A stretch of 63,626 nucleotides of DNA, filler included, from Globobulimina sp. (lineage: Eukaryota), in NCBI GenBank assembly GCA_003354225.1. It is 51 parts of 51 records of this genome, joined end to end, with 100 filler letters (N's around TTAATTAATTAA, not from the genome) between each part and the next. Parts side by side here need not be neighbours in the genome. Positions count along the whole stretch, not along the records: positions 1 to 1,150 come from PIVH01022278.1; positions 1,251 to 2,400 come from PIVH01022279.1; positions 2,501 to 3,650 come from PIVH01022280.1; positions 3,751 to 4,900 come from PIVH01022281.1; positions 5,001 to 6,150 come from PIVH01022282.1; positions 6,251 to 7,400 come from PIVH01022283.1; positions 7,501 to 8,650 come from PIVH01022284.1; positions 8,751 to 9,900 come from PIVH01022285.1; 43 more parts are not named here. One strand, given 5' to 3'. The notes under the pieces were generated by a model. That model had not been told where the DNA came from. It did not search any database and worked only from the letters and a program-made list of their open reading frames with translations. Numbering within the stretch: position 1 is the stretch's first letter; the number at the start of each line of letters is the position of its first letter. The position numbers and the translations under genes were made by a program. Positions 1-11,559 of this stretch are shown one piece after another.

Positions 1-687
1 AAGTGGCTTTAACAACTCATAGCCTATTATAGACCGTAGCAGTATAGAAGTATACAGAAAAAGGTAAAAAGCAAAGTTAGTTTTGTTAACGTTTAGGTTT
101 TCTTTAATTTGTATAGTAACTTTGTGACTAGTTTGTGATACAACTTATATACAAACTCATATACAAATTTACGATTTGGCCCATCGTAAATCTGTTTTCT
201 TGATATCTTATGCTTGAAACTTGATTTAAAAGAAGATTTTATGTGTGAAATTAACAAATAAAAAATAAAACACATTTTGACATATCATATGCACAAACTC
301 TACAAACACACATAAAATAAATACAAAATAACAAAAAAAACCGTTGATAAAAACACAAATCTACAAAATAAAAATGCAAACTAAATGAATACAAATACGG
401 TGATTCGCAACATAAAAATGATATATATAAATAAATAAAATAAACGCAATGCTCGTGGGAAGTCCCAATGTATGATTGGGTGTGGCATGCGAATAATCTT
501 TGAGATATTCGTAGGGCGAGGCATTGTCGACGTAGCTGTGGCAGGTAACTGCAACAGGTGGGTAATTCTGGTGTGAATCCCATATGACAGCTAACGTAAA
601 ACAGCGCTAAAGTTTTTAAATAAATATCTACCAATCAGAGATAATAAATACATAAACAAATATATAATAAAAACATACATTGATAGA

Positions 688-1150
688 ATGGCCAGAGGTA
701 AGAAACGAACCACACGGAATACTCTGCGACGCGTAAATGAAGGCAATAACGATGACGACTTTGATATTGTCATCGATAATGAACGTAATCATAATCATAA
801 TAATAATGCCGGAGCCGACGCCTATACCCAATTATTGTATCAATTGCAGAAAATTAATGACTTTACCCGTCCATTTATAGCACGTACGGGTTTAGATACA
901 CTTCGTTGGATATGTTGATATTAATCGTGATGCTCCCGAGAATTTGATTTTTGATAAAATTATGGCATCCATTCCACAGCACGTCCAGCGATATTATCGT
1001 AATTATATAATGGCGCAAAATCGTCAGTTGGTGGCCAATCAGAATGAGAAAAGCCAGGAAGATGACGATATCGCATTGTTACAGCATAAATCCTTGAATA
1101 TATTGAAGAAATGGGCAAAATATCAATATCCACCGACTCCGAATGTTGAT
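688..1150 (+). pseudogene. Frameshifted ORF of unknown function, possibly Gag-like; 3' truncated
   Basis: ORF 688-918 overlaps a second frame that is open from about 896 (FVGYVDINRDAPENLIFDKIM...) to the contig end. No family motif securely recognised. Confidence 0.3.
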
Positions 1151-1250
1151 NNNNNNNNNNNNNNNNNNNNNNNNNNNNNNNNNNNNNNNNNNNNTTAATT
1201 AATTAANNNNNNNNNNNNNNNNNNNNNNNNNNNNNNNNNNNNNNNNNNNN
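1151..1250. other. Artificial contig linker N44-TTAATTAATTAA-N44 (first of 50, recurring about every 1,250 bp)
   Basis: Identical 100-nt spacer with stops in all six frames. Flanking contigs are 1150 bp then 1149 bp, i.e. length-sorted. ORFs ending in X...LIN are artefacts of the linker. Confidence 0.99.
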
Positions 1251-1256
1251 TGTGTA

Positions 1257-2400
1257 TCATCTCCATTTGACATGATATTGTGTCCATTGCTTTAAATATA
1301 TATCTTCCAAATGTTGTATGAATTGCTTTGAATATTGGTTGGACCAATAAATGGTTCCTGTATTATTGGTCACATTAAACAAAACCGTGGTTCCCGATTC
1401 AAACGACCTATAATAAGTATCATTCATTTTGACAGGAAATGCTTGTTTCGGCGCACCTAACGGATAATAATATTCATTATGCCAATTACCATCGCCTCCA
1501 ATCCATATTTGATTGCAAGAAAAATACTGATAGACTTGCACACCAATCAAATATGCGGACAAAACATCAATAAAAGACTGTCCGGCACAGCCTTCAGCCA
1601 ATTTATATCCACCATGTATTTTAATGGCTAATTGTTGGTCATCTGTGCGATTGCATAGCATCATTATGTCCTCCTCGATGGGCTTAAACCCTTCCAAACA
1701 ATATCCATTTACGCCGGGAATATGAAATCCATTGTTTATGTATAAAGGACCGTTATGAGTCTCATTTAAATGTCTCTGCATTGACACCAAAGTCTCATAT
1801 TTGTACGGATTAAACGTAGCATCTGTTACATTTGACAACGTATTGTTTCCTTTATAACTGTCACTCCAAACATATACTTTATCAATGTTACAGCTGTCGA
1901 AATATTGCGTATCAGTTAGATTCAAACAAGAGGAGGCCCACATTTTCGCTAAATCCATTTGAGACATATCAAAATTTAACAGTCCCGTGTTATTATTAAA
2001 GTGATGATCGCCATTGGATCGAATGACCGCTCCCGTTGCGTTTCTCAGCCACCATTCAGAGTGATTTAGGAATTGCTGATGTAAATGATATTGAGTCCAA
2101 TCGTCCACTGAGTTTAAGTAATAACACATCGATATATTGGGATTTACTGATTTTAATTGCTTTGCAGCTGCCAACATATAATCTTCTGCATACCAGCCTG
2201 GAATGGAGGAGTTCTCCCCTTGTCCTTTTTCAATGCATACTAAATTATATCTACTTAATACTTGTAACATTGTATCGTTAAATGCGATTTCTGTGCCTGT
2301 AGCATTGCAACCTTGGAAGAATGTCATCGTTTGTAATGAATCCCATGACCAGTCTGGAAATGTTACATCTTGCGATTGCCCCACTGCAAACAATACAGAG
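1257..2400 (-). CDS. Secreted glycoside hydrolase, GH168/GHL15-like (putative endo-fucanase); 5' partial
   Basis: FPDWSWD N-terminal motif, YNLVCIEKGQG, AAKQLKSVNP...YLNS..DW..Y, AYLIG..Y.YF and C-terminal EYYYPLGAPK...YYRSF resemble the GH168 layout. Many N-glycosylation sequons. Confidence 0.65.
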
Positions 2401-2500
2401 NNNNNNNNNNNNNNNNNNNNNNNNNNNNNNNNNNNNNNNNNNNNTTAATTAATTAANNNNNNNNNNNNNNNNNNNNNNNNNNNNNNNNNNNNNNNNNNNN

Positions 2501-2554
2501 GGGATTTGAACCCAAATCTTCTTTAATAAGACGCTCCCATTGAGCTATCATCAC
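2501..2554 (-). pseudogene. tRNA-derived element (A box and B box), truncated at contig edge
   Basis: Minus strand reads GATAGCTCAATGGGAGCG...TTGGGTTCAAATCCC; anticodon arm is non-canonical. Confidence 0.55.
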
Positions 2555-2559
2555 AATTC

Positions 2560-2870
2560 GATGCGGCGGCTTCGCCGCCATAAATACCAGAATCAATACA
2601 ATGCGGCGGCTTCGCCGCCTAAATACCATCATATCTCATATCAATACGATGCGGCGGCTTCGCCGCCATAAATACCATAATCAATACATTCGGCGGCTTC
2701 GCCGCCATAAATACCACCATCAATACGATACGGCGGCTTCGCCGCCTAAATACCATCATATCTCATATCAATACGATGCGGCGGCTTCGCCGCCAAAATT
2801 ACCGTCACCAATACAATGCGGCGGCTTCGCCGCCATAAATACCATCATCAATAGCATAATGATGCGTCTT
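2560..2870. repeat. Tandem array of 7 units (plus 1 degenerate) of 39-48 bp with invariant hairpin core CGGCGGCTTCGCCGCC
   Basis: Cores start near 2563, 2603, 2651, 2690, 2730, 2778 and 2818. The AT-rich linkers are related to each other (AAATACCA...TCAATAC). Confidence 0.95.
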
Positions 2871-3349
2871 CGCGATATGCTACGCAGCATCCATTGTTTT
2901 TGATACTGCGAACCAAAAAAGTTTTGCTTGAGCTTAATGTCCTCGATCGTTTGTGTCTCGTTGGATGGATTATTATAGAGAGAATTGATAGATTGATGGA
3001 TGTTTGTATTTCAATTTTTTCCCATAAACTCAATCAAAAATCCGAAAACATATATTAGTTCCTATTATTATTATGATACCATATTCCCTGTATCGTCATT
3101 GTTAGGAAATAAAGCATTGTATCCATGTTCAACTTTTTATTCTCGACCAAAAACTGTGTTTTCGGAAACACGTTACTTATCTCGAAACGAAAAAGTTGAA
3201 CATGAATAATATACTATTACAAGAGCGACTCGCTCTTGTTTATAATGTACAAAATCACAAAAAAATAGCAAACCAAACAAAAAGACACAAAGGAAAACAC
3301 AACAAACAAATATACATAATATTAATTATCAGTACTTATCGGAGAGGCC

Positions 3350-3417
3350 TATTGTCGCTCAGTTTCTTTTCATAATCACTGTCGTTTTTTTGGAATTCCA
3401 GGACTTTTAGAACTTTG
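3350..3417 (-). repeat. Interspersed repeat shared with contig start 17501-17570
   Basis: Reverse complement CAAAGTTCTAAAAGTCCTGGAATTCC...GATTATGAAAAGAAACTGAGCGAC is nearly identical to 17501-17569. Confidence 0.9.
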
Positions 3418-3570
3418 TGTCTGTGCAGTGTGCACAAATGAATTGCTGGGTGGCAAAAAGTTATATGGTAACAAATGCGTTTCTAGCTGCAGCTGGACAG
3501 AAGAGTCGCAAAATTCCAAAACCCTTAGGCTTAAACTTCTTCTTTTGTGATTGGCAAGGTTTTTGGGTTA

Positions 3571-3650
3571 GCTAGAGTGGTTTTCAACCTAGTATTCGAA
3601 GTTGACCTAGGATTCGAATCCTAGTATTCAAAGTTGAAAACCACTCTAGC
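3571..3650. repeat. 80-bp inverted-repeat element (MITE-like) with 18-bp perfect TIRs
   Basis: GCTAGAGTGGTTTTCAAC (3571-3588) pairs with GTTGAAAACCACTCTAGC (3633-3650). Internal palindrome CTAGGATTCGAATCCTAG at 3607-3624. Confidence 0.75.
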
Positions 3651-3793
3651 NNNNNNNNNNNNNNNNNNNNNNNNNNNNNNNNNNNNNNNNNNNNTTAATT
3701 AATTAANNNNNNNNNNNNNNNNNNNNNNNNNNNNNNNNNNNNNNNNNNNNTGTTCGTTGTACTTTTTGTAGGACATTTTTTCTAAAATCAGAA

Positions 3794-4458
3794 TTAAAAC
3801 ACAGTGTATAATGTATATGAAGTATTCAAGATAGCAATTGTAAGACCTAATATTAGCAATAGAAATGGAGGAGTGACCTTCTTAAATGCTCTCCATTTGT
3901 TTTTTAAGCCGTATTCTTTCCAAAACATCAATTTGTATGGGATTGTTTTTAAATAACAGCAACATGGCAAAACAAATGCTAATATGACAGCAGCCAATGA
4001 GCCACTGACTGACATGACAGTGCCCAGATCAGTGACAAATAAACCTATGGTCAAACTAGCAAATAATAACGGCAATGTGAATAGCAAATGCTTTGCTGTT
4101 GAACAATTCTGAATAGATTTATAGTGCGGTCCATGATGGAATATCCCGTACAACACATGTCTGACTACAAAGAATGAGCATGGATACGTTAAACACATTG
4201 TTATTGTATATATAATCCTTGATACCACAATAATGGTCTCTTCATTTTCATAATTATTCAATATATTGTCACTTACATCATTACCAAATGTCAAATAACC
4301 AGGAACTGAAAAAGCAATGCAAATAAATACAGATATAAAGGTGCCACTGTACGAGAATATTGTCCATCGCTTAACTGTCGGATTTTGCAATGTGTTATAA
4401 AACAAAAATGATAAATCATGGCAAACAAATGCAAAAGCTATTATTCCCAGAGCCTCAC
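3794..4458 (-). CDS. SLC38/Aa_trans amino-acid transporter, C-terminal half (SLC38A11-like)
   Basis: EALGIIAFAFVCH, GYLTFG..V..NILNNY, LTYP..FFVVR, DLG.V.S..GSLAA..LAFVLP; multiple TM helices. Confidence 0.9.
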
Positions 4459-5064
4459 TTTTGTGTCAGGTTATTGTTCAAATTTATATCACGAAAGCTG
4501 GCAAAATAATGACTATTGAAATCAAGCTAGCTTACACATTAAAAAAAAAACTTTTCACTTTGAACATGCGCATGGAAGTAATCAATGTTGTCAGGTAACA
4601 CAGTATGATATCCGTCACTTTTCCGGTTTAACAGCAACCGATATTCAAACCACTCATAAAACACAACTATATTGATTAAAATCACAGTTAATTATCTAAA
4701 TGGTGACGGTGATTATGTTAATGATGGCACTAGGCGACTGGCAAGACAGATATATGAGTTAAATAAAACGCACAATGCATTTCATTTTTTGATTTCAAAT
4801 GACACTGTTGCATTTCGTCATTATGAACACCGATACACATTTAACACCGAAATAAACCTTCAGAGAAGGTTTGAGTTAGATAAAGCTATACTTTCTACCG
4901 NNNNNNNNNNNNNNNNNNNNNNNNNNNNNNNNNNNNNNNNNNNNTTAATTAATTAANNNNNNNNNNNNNNNNNNNNNNNNNNNNNNNNNNNNNNNNNNNN
5001 CAGACATGAATGGTTTAATAAAACAAGTAAAATAGCTGAAACGACAGAAATTTGTGCACAAAAA

Positions 5065-6150
5065 TTGGATTCATTTCATTTAACTGCTCAGCTATTTTGT
5101 GAAAGTTTAATAAATGAACCAATTAATTACAATGGAAATACAGAGTCATTAAAAAAAGCTGTTTGCAAATATTATGAATCAAAGTTTCCAAATCAACAAG
5201 AAAGGGAAATATTTGGTGAAGATTTGCAAACAACATTGAGATTTATTGATGGATTTAATGGGCATTTGTTAAAAATGAAAACATTTGAAACTTCATTAAG
5301 TGGTTCTGTTCGAATTAAAATTGCAAAATTATTTGAAAATATTGTTCCAGCAAAGAATATTGAATTATATGAGTATGGCTATAACAGAAGAAAGAAATGG
5401 AGAGATGTAATGGGACATTCTGTTAATTTTGATATTGTTTTGTATGATACACAACAGTTTGTATCAAATATGAACGATACTATTTATCGAATAAGAATTA
5501 ATAATTTGAATGGAGCGCCATATCCATTTATAGATAATACAAAACAGAATTATTTTACATTTAAATACCGCAAACATTTTAAAATAAAATCATTCATAAA
5601 TGCAATGTTTTCATCGCTCTATAAAGCAAAAGGACATTTGTTAAGATATCAATTTGAAGATTTATTAAAATTATATTTTACAGCAAATAACAACGGAGAA
5701 AAGAAAAGAAATGAAAATATTACATGGATTATTGCTGATAAAGTGAATAAATATTATTGTCGTGGTGTTGGAAATATAAATGCATATACTCTCAATGAGA
5801 GATATCAACAAAGAAATAATTCAAGATATGATACTTCGGATGATCCATCATCGCGTGTTGTAAAATTAGATTTATTTATGGTTGAAAGATATCGATGCGA
5901 TGATGAAAAAGTAAAATTAAAAATAAAATTTGTATCAAGAAGTAATGAGAAATTTAGCACAAAAACTGAAATTTCTAAATTAAGCGAAATAAAATGGGTC
6001 GGAATGCCATTGGTTTTATGGATAAATAAATATGATACATTACAAGATGTGATTGACAATTATTTAAGAGATGAGACAAAAACACTTATTCAGTTCACAT
6101 ATCGAGTAATTAGTGACGCAAAAATTGTATCCATTGCGAAAGGAAAAAGA
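5065..6150 (+). CDS. Hypothetical protein fragment, possibly USP7-like C-terminal ubiquitin-like region
   Basis: Open frame of more than 360 aa. The GMPLVLWI..YDTLQDV segment weakly recalls USP7 UBL repeats. Confidence 0.4.
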
Positions 6151-6977
6151 NNNNNNNNNNNNNNNNNNNNNNNNNNNNNNNNNNNNNNNNNNNNTTAATT
6201 AATTAANNNNNNNNNNNNNNNNNNNNNNNNNNNNNNNNNNNNNNNNNNNNTGTATACTATTTTTATTGTCTCGTTCAAGTTTTTCTTGTGTTGATCTGAA
6301 TTGGGTAATGTTATCATAATCAGTTAATACTTTGTCAATACCACCAATAATTTGGATTATTTGCAATGTATTATGTTCATTGTTATGACCATTTGATAGT
6401 TTTTCTTCGTGCATTTGTTTCAACACTGTTTGAGTAATTTCTTCCATATATTTATGTACTGATTTGTCAACAATAGTATTTTATCAGAAGTATACACTTG
6501 TGAAGTTTTGGAAATGTTCTGAACTTCGTTTTTTTTTAATTGTTTGGAGATGTCCTACACAGATCTCAAACCAACGCTATAATCCAGTCCTCCTATCACC
6601 TACGAACTCATTCTACCAATTTTCGCGACAGCTGACAACAATGAAGCATTGGAATCAATCTGTATACAATGATACAATTAAAAACAAATGATGTAAAAAC
6701 AGATAATAAAGTCATGACTGATGTCGTCACATAAAAGTGGGGTAAAAGTGTTTTTTGTTCCTATTTTACTCCACTAAGTGGGGTAAACGGGTCAAAAGGA
6801 GTGGAGTAATTCCACTTTTACTGCGTTTTTTTGTATATGTACTGTATATTGTATATTGTATATATGCATAAAAATATAATATATTCATATAATATTATGA
6901 CAACAACAAAAAAAGTCAACACATCACACATTTTTGACATTTGATTTTGACACATACTCAAATATATCCATACCAAC

Positions 6978-7400
6978 TTAATCATTTGTTTCTTTATCAT
7001 CTTCCATTGCATCTTTTGGTATTGCTAATACTTTTGTCATTGCTAATTCAATCGTATCATTGGTACGCTCTGTTTCTGTGTCCCATTTGATATATGGATT
7101 ATATTTAATTAAAACACTTAAGCTTGTATTGTTGGACGTTTTTGATCTATAAAGTGTTACAATTGCTTGTTTCCATAAAAATATGGACAGTATTCGTAAT
7201 GCATTCATTTTAATCCTTTCTAATGAAACTTGAATATTTGTCAATGGAATATATATCATAGAATCGTCCGCCGTATAATTATTATCAAATCCAAACAATA
7301 ATACAAATGCTTTCCAAGTAAATGTCATCGCTAATAATGCGGAAAACGTTATTTTCACATATTTATTACTATGACTGTGAGCATCAAATAATGAAATACC
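6978..7400 (-). CDS. C-terminal fragment of a multi-pass membrane protein
   Basis: Hydrophobic segments; LSIFLWKQAI motif; ORF runs in from near the contig edge. Confidence 0.45.
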   Translation of the reverse strand, partial: GISLFDAHSHSNKYVKITFSALLAMTFTWKAFVLLFGFDNNYTADDSMIYIPLTNIQVSLERIKMNALRILSIFLWKQAIVTLYRSKTSNNTSLSVLIKYNPYIKWDTETERTNDTIELAMTKVLAIPKDAMEDDKETND

Positions 7401-7579
7401 NNNNNNNNNNNNNNNNNNNNNNNNNNNNNNNNNNNNNNNNNNNNTTAATTAATTAANNNNNNNNNNNNNNNNNNNNNNNNNNNNNNNNNNNNNNNNNNNN
7501 CCACATGCCCATTATGTGTCACTGAGTCGTGTTACGGACATGAAGAATCTCTCCATTAAAGATAAGATTTGCTGGCTTA

Positions 7580-8650
7580 TTGTACCAAAATATAACACAA
7601 AAATATGCAGACTCAATGATTAATTCTGTCGATTTTAGCAAATTATTTACAAAAACATTAACAACATTTAAATCCAGTAAAAAATTAATTATTATGTACT
7701 CTACAAAATTATTGATTTCATTGGTATTATACAAACCAGTTTTATTTGATGATTTGTCTGAATTTATCCAAAATAATGCAGTATTTATAGTAAATACAAT
7801 ACAATCCAATGATTCTGGACTGCGCTTTGAATTTTTCACATCCATTGTTAGATTATATGCTGCTTTGCAATTACAGCAAAAATTAGCATTCTTGCAATTG
7901 TTAAAAGATATTTTATTGAAAGATTTTCCACAATGTAACGTCGAAAATAATCAACACTTAAACACATACTTTCAAGCATTAATTTTTGTACTTAAACAAT
8001 ACCCAGATTGTAACAATCATTTGTTTGAATATGTTCTCCGCGAACTAAAATCATATAAATCCAAAGAAACATTTCATTCAACAGCTGCAGCTGACGGCGT
8101 TATGTGTGGTTTAATGGCAGTATTATCGCTCTTATTTCGACATAAACCATACCGACAACAATGTGTTAAATCTGGTTTTATTCACGAATTATGGCATAAT
8201 TTTATATTTGCAACAAATGTGCAAAATGATACAGCTCTCAATTTACCAAAATGCAAACAAAATGTATCCAAGACATTAGCATTTAGATTAATAATACAAT
8301 GCATATCTGAATTACCTGAAATGCAGTCAAAAGTCATTAAAAAAATACAAGAATTTCAAAATGAATTTGTTCCAGCAAAACAAACGTATTCTTGGGAGTA
8401 TGCACCTGTCAAATCCATGCGATCCAGTGCCGGATATGTCGGATTAAAAAACCTCGGATCCACGGATTATATGAATTGTATGTTGCAGCAATTTTATATG
8501 ATGCCAACGTTGCGAATGGATTTAATCTGTGCTGGCATTGATATTACACATAAATTCACAGAGGAACAATGTAATGAATCTGTATTGTATCAAATTATGA
8601 GAATGTTTTGTTTTTTATCATTGTCCACGCGACAAACCTATGATACATTG
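7580..8650 (+). CDS. USP9X/USP24/USP34-like ubiquitin-specific protease fragment with the catalytic Cys replaced by Asp
   Basis: Helical region with LPKCK, then W.Y.P..RS..GYVGLKNLGSTDYMNCMLQQFYMMP.LR, the Cys box of this subfamily. Confidence 0.85.
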
Positions 8651-9008
8651 NNNNNNNNNNNNNNNNNNNNNNNNNNNNNNNNNNNNNNNNNNNNTTAATT
8701 AATTAANNNNNNNNNNNNNNNNNNNNNNNNNNNNNNNNNNNNNNNNNNNNGATGTATGTATTTGTGTATTAATTTTCTGTACTTTTGAGTGATTAATGAA
8801 CCGCATGTCAATCCCCTGAAATGCAGCTCTTCCAAAAATCCAATGCATATTTTGTTGAAAATATAGCCGGACCTCTGATTCAATAATAATTAATTGTTCA
8901 ATGTTGAATGTTTGATATTGTTTTTACAATGTTTTGAATGTTCCAATCGATGTTGATGATAAATGGACTGATGATTAATTGGTAAAACATGGTAAAGGGG
9001 ATTTATTG

Positions 9009-9118
9009 ATAATATTCCACCAAAGTGACTCAATTTGTATTATTGTTCAATCTGCAAAATGTATACATAATATTCCACCAAAGTGACTCAATTTGTAATA
9101 TTGTTCAATCTGCAAAAT
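9009..9118. repeat. Tandem duplication, period 58 bp
   Basis: AATATTCCACCAAAGTGACTCAATTTGTA.TATTGTTCAATCTGCAAAAT at 9011 and 9069. Confidence 0.9.
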
Positions 9119-9465
9119 AAATATTTATGGGATAAGCAAAGTTTTTCATGATCATGATTTGCATACATTTAAACATTTTTTTGCTTTTATACCTTGCATG
9201 TTCTTTATAATGAATAATGCAGATTGCAGAGACACTCTCAATGTGTGTTGTTAGTTAAGTTCTTACTGAAAAACAAAGTATATAAACAACAAAACAAAAC
9301 AAAGCAAAGCAAAGATAGAAGTAATTAATAACCAGCGAGAATCTGGTCCATATCCGGTAATAATTTGATGCGAGTCGGTCTCATAAACATCGATTAAGCA
9401 TAACTACTTCTAATAAAAAGTCGCGATTTTGATGTGAAATAAAAATACCTGAATTTGCGATGCCA

Positions 9466-9533
9466 TCTCGACGCCAGGATTCGAACCTGGATCTTGCATA
9501 AAAACAATGCTCTGCCCATTGAGCTACGCGGCA
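9466..9533 (-). pseudogene. tRNA-like element or tRNA pseudogene
   Basis: GCCGCG-TAGCTCAATGGGCAGAGC-...-CCAGGTTCGAATCCTGG: intact D and T arms, degraded anticodon and acceptor stems. Confidence 0.7.
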
Positions 9534-9705
9534 TTTCGCACCAACAAATACGACGAGACACAGGAACAGCTATTTGCGAGGTGTAGATTATCACAAACTA
9601 CTTTACTTCACTTGACTTCACTTGACTTCATCCAAACGTACATCCGCCCGCTACAAGTTTGACAAAACCAAACCACACCAAACCACACCACACCAGACAT
9701 CCGAT

Positions 9706-9900
9706 ATGTCATTTTTATTAATATTAACAGTGATTGTTTGTATCGTAAATTCGCAGCCTCTTCAATGTCTTTCGTCACAAACTGAATTATTTTATGAAAA
9801 CGCTGAAAATTTAAATGATTGGATATTTGACAATGACGGAACAGCACAGACTGGTTATAATCCTTATATAGGTGATACGTATTGTGGTGACGAAGCTTGT
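9706..9900 (+). CDS. Secreted protein, N-terminal fragment
   Basis: MSFLLILTVIVCIVNSQ resembles a signal peptide; frame is open to the contig end. Confidence 0.5.
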
Positions 9901-10000
9901 NNNNNNNNNNNNNNNNNNNNNNNNNNNNNNNNNNNNNNNNNNNNTTAATTAATTAANNNNNNNNNNNNNNNNNNNNNNNNNNNNNNNNNNNNNNNNNNNN

Positions 10001-11150
10001 AAATTCTATCAAAGATGTTGAAAATGGATATAAATTATTACCAATTCTGCAAGATGTCATATTTGATGCCATTCAAAATGGAAATGAACAAAAATTAGCT
10101 TACGCAAAACGAAAATATATTGAAATGGGCGAAATTGCACAAAATAAACTGGACATATTTACACAACAATGTCTACAGTTTAGTTATTTGTGTACTTCAT
10201 ATTTTTAATTCCGATGCGAAATTTGTATACAAATAGAGATAATTTCTTCGGCAGTGTAGCCGTCGCAGACTTGCCTGAAGATGGTTATGTGCAGCAATCC
10301 GCCATGGAAAGGAATGTGAAGTTTGGTTTATGGGCCTCCGCAATGTCCAATGCATCTGAAAATAGCAAAATTTGTTTCAAAGCACCCATATCCATCGCAT
10401 TAGAATTAGCAAAACAAATTGCAAAGAACGCAAAAATACCATTAGCCTGTCGATGCATTCAATTTTCACACAACTTCTATATTTATTTTAATAATGGCCA
10501 ACAATATGAATGTATTGGTCCTGTCATTGACGCACAATTATTTAAATTACCAATGCCACCGAGAAATATATATAACAATGTCTCCAATGGCTGGCTGGTT
10601 CAAAATAAAAGTGAAGAAAGCTGCACATCGATAAAATATGACTATGCAAATATTGATTCACCGGAAGAGAAATCTGCAGAAACGCTCTCGATTTCATATA
10701 AGATACCGTCATATGTATTAATTTCCGATTTGAATAATATTAATTTAGGTTGGTGGGATTATAAAAAAAAGGAATGGAAAGTGTCCGGTTTTGAAGATAT
10801 TTCATATGATTCGCAATCGCGCATTATTTCATTTGTGACATCCCATTTATCTCCGATTTGCATGGTACAAGAAAGAGGCAGATATTATGCATATTGCGAT
10901 TGGAAATTAACGCCATGCGGTGTGGAAAGATGCAAACTATCATTAATCACAAAATGTAAATTAAACATTGAGATCGAAATAATTGGTTCAAAATGTCGCT
11001 TATTAGCACCAACCAAACACGCGCCAATTGCGGAATTATCGCATATTTATAACTGTGCCACATTGAAACCGCATCAATTAATCAGATTGCTACGTACCAG
11101 CGGTGTGAATTTATGCCATACAAATGATGGTAATATATGTTCAGATTTGG
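10001..11150 (+). CDS. DNAI7: Axonemal dynein intermediate chain 7 (CASC1/CFAP94/IC97-like), internal fragment; probable intron near 10180-10236
   Basis: VKFGLW, GWWD...W...G.EDI.YD...R.ISF.T.HL.P..MVQ.R...Y..W.L.P and LIRLL..SGVNL match the Casc1 C-terminal region. Confidence 0.7.
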
Positions 11151-11559
11151 NNNNNNNNNNNNNNNNNNNNNNNNNNNNNNNNNNNNNNNNNNNNTTAATT
11201 AATTAANNNNNNNNNNNNNNNNNNNNNNNNNNNNNNNNNNNNNNNNNNNNTTTTAAAATCGGAACTAAATGTAGAACTTGCTGATTAATTAAAAGCTTTT
11301 TGTGGCTTGAAGTTTTAACTTAATCTCAACATCTTATTTTATATCACCGTACCATCATGTCAGCACGGCTGACACTTGAACACTTCAAGAATGATGCATG
11401 TCCATTGCATTTTGCTTGTTATACGAATGAAGTTTAATGGTAATGCACGGAAATTGTGTTATTGTGATTCAATGCATTAATCCAACTAAGTTATGCTTTC
11501 TTTTATTTGTTGATTGTAAATCTCGCAACACAGCATCCTTGCGCTCTGTGATTGTTTAT

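Noticed and set aside
2560-2870. CRISPR array
   Set aside because: The spacers are variants of one another, the invariant core is only 16 nt, no cas genes are present, and the context is eukaryotic.
2601-2903. 100-aa ORF (MRRLRR...)
   Set aside because: Translation of the tandem repeat, with frame switching between units.
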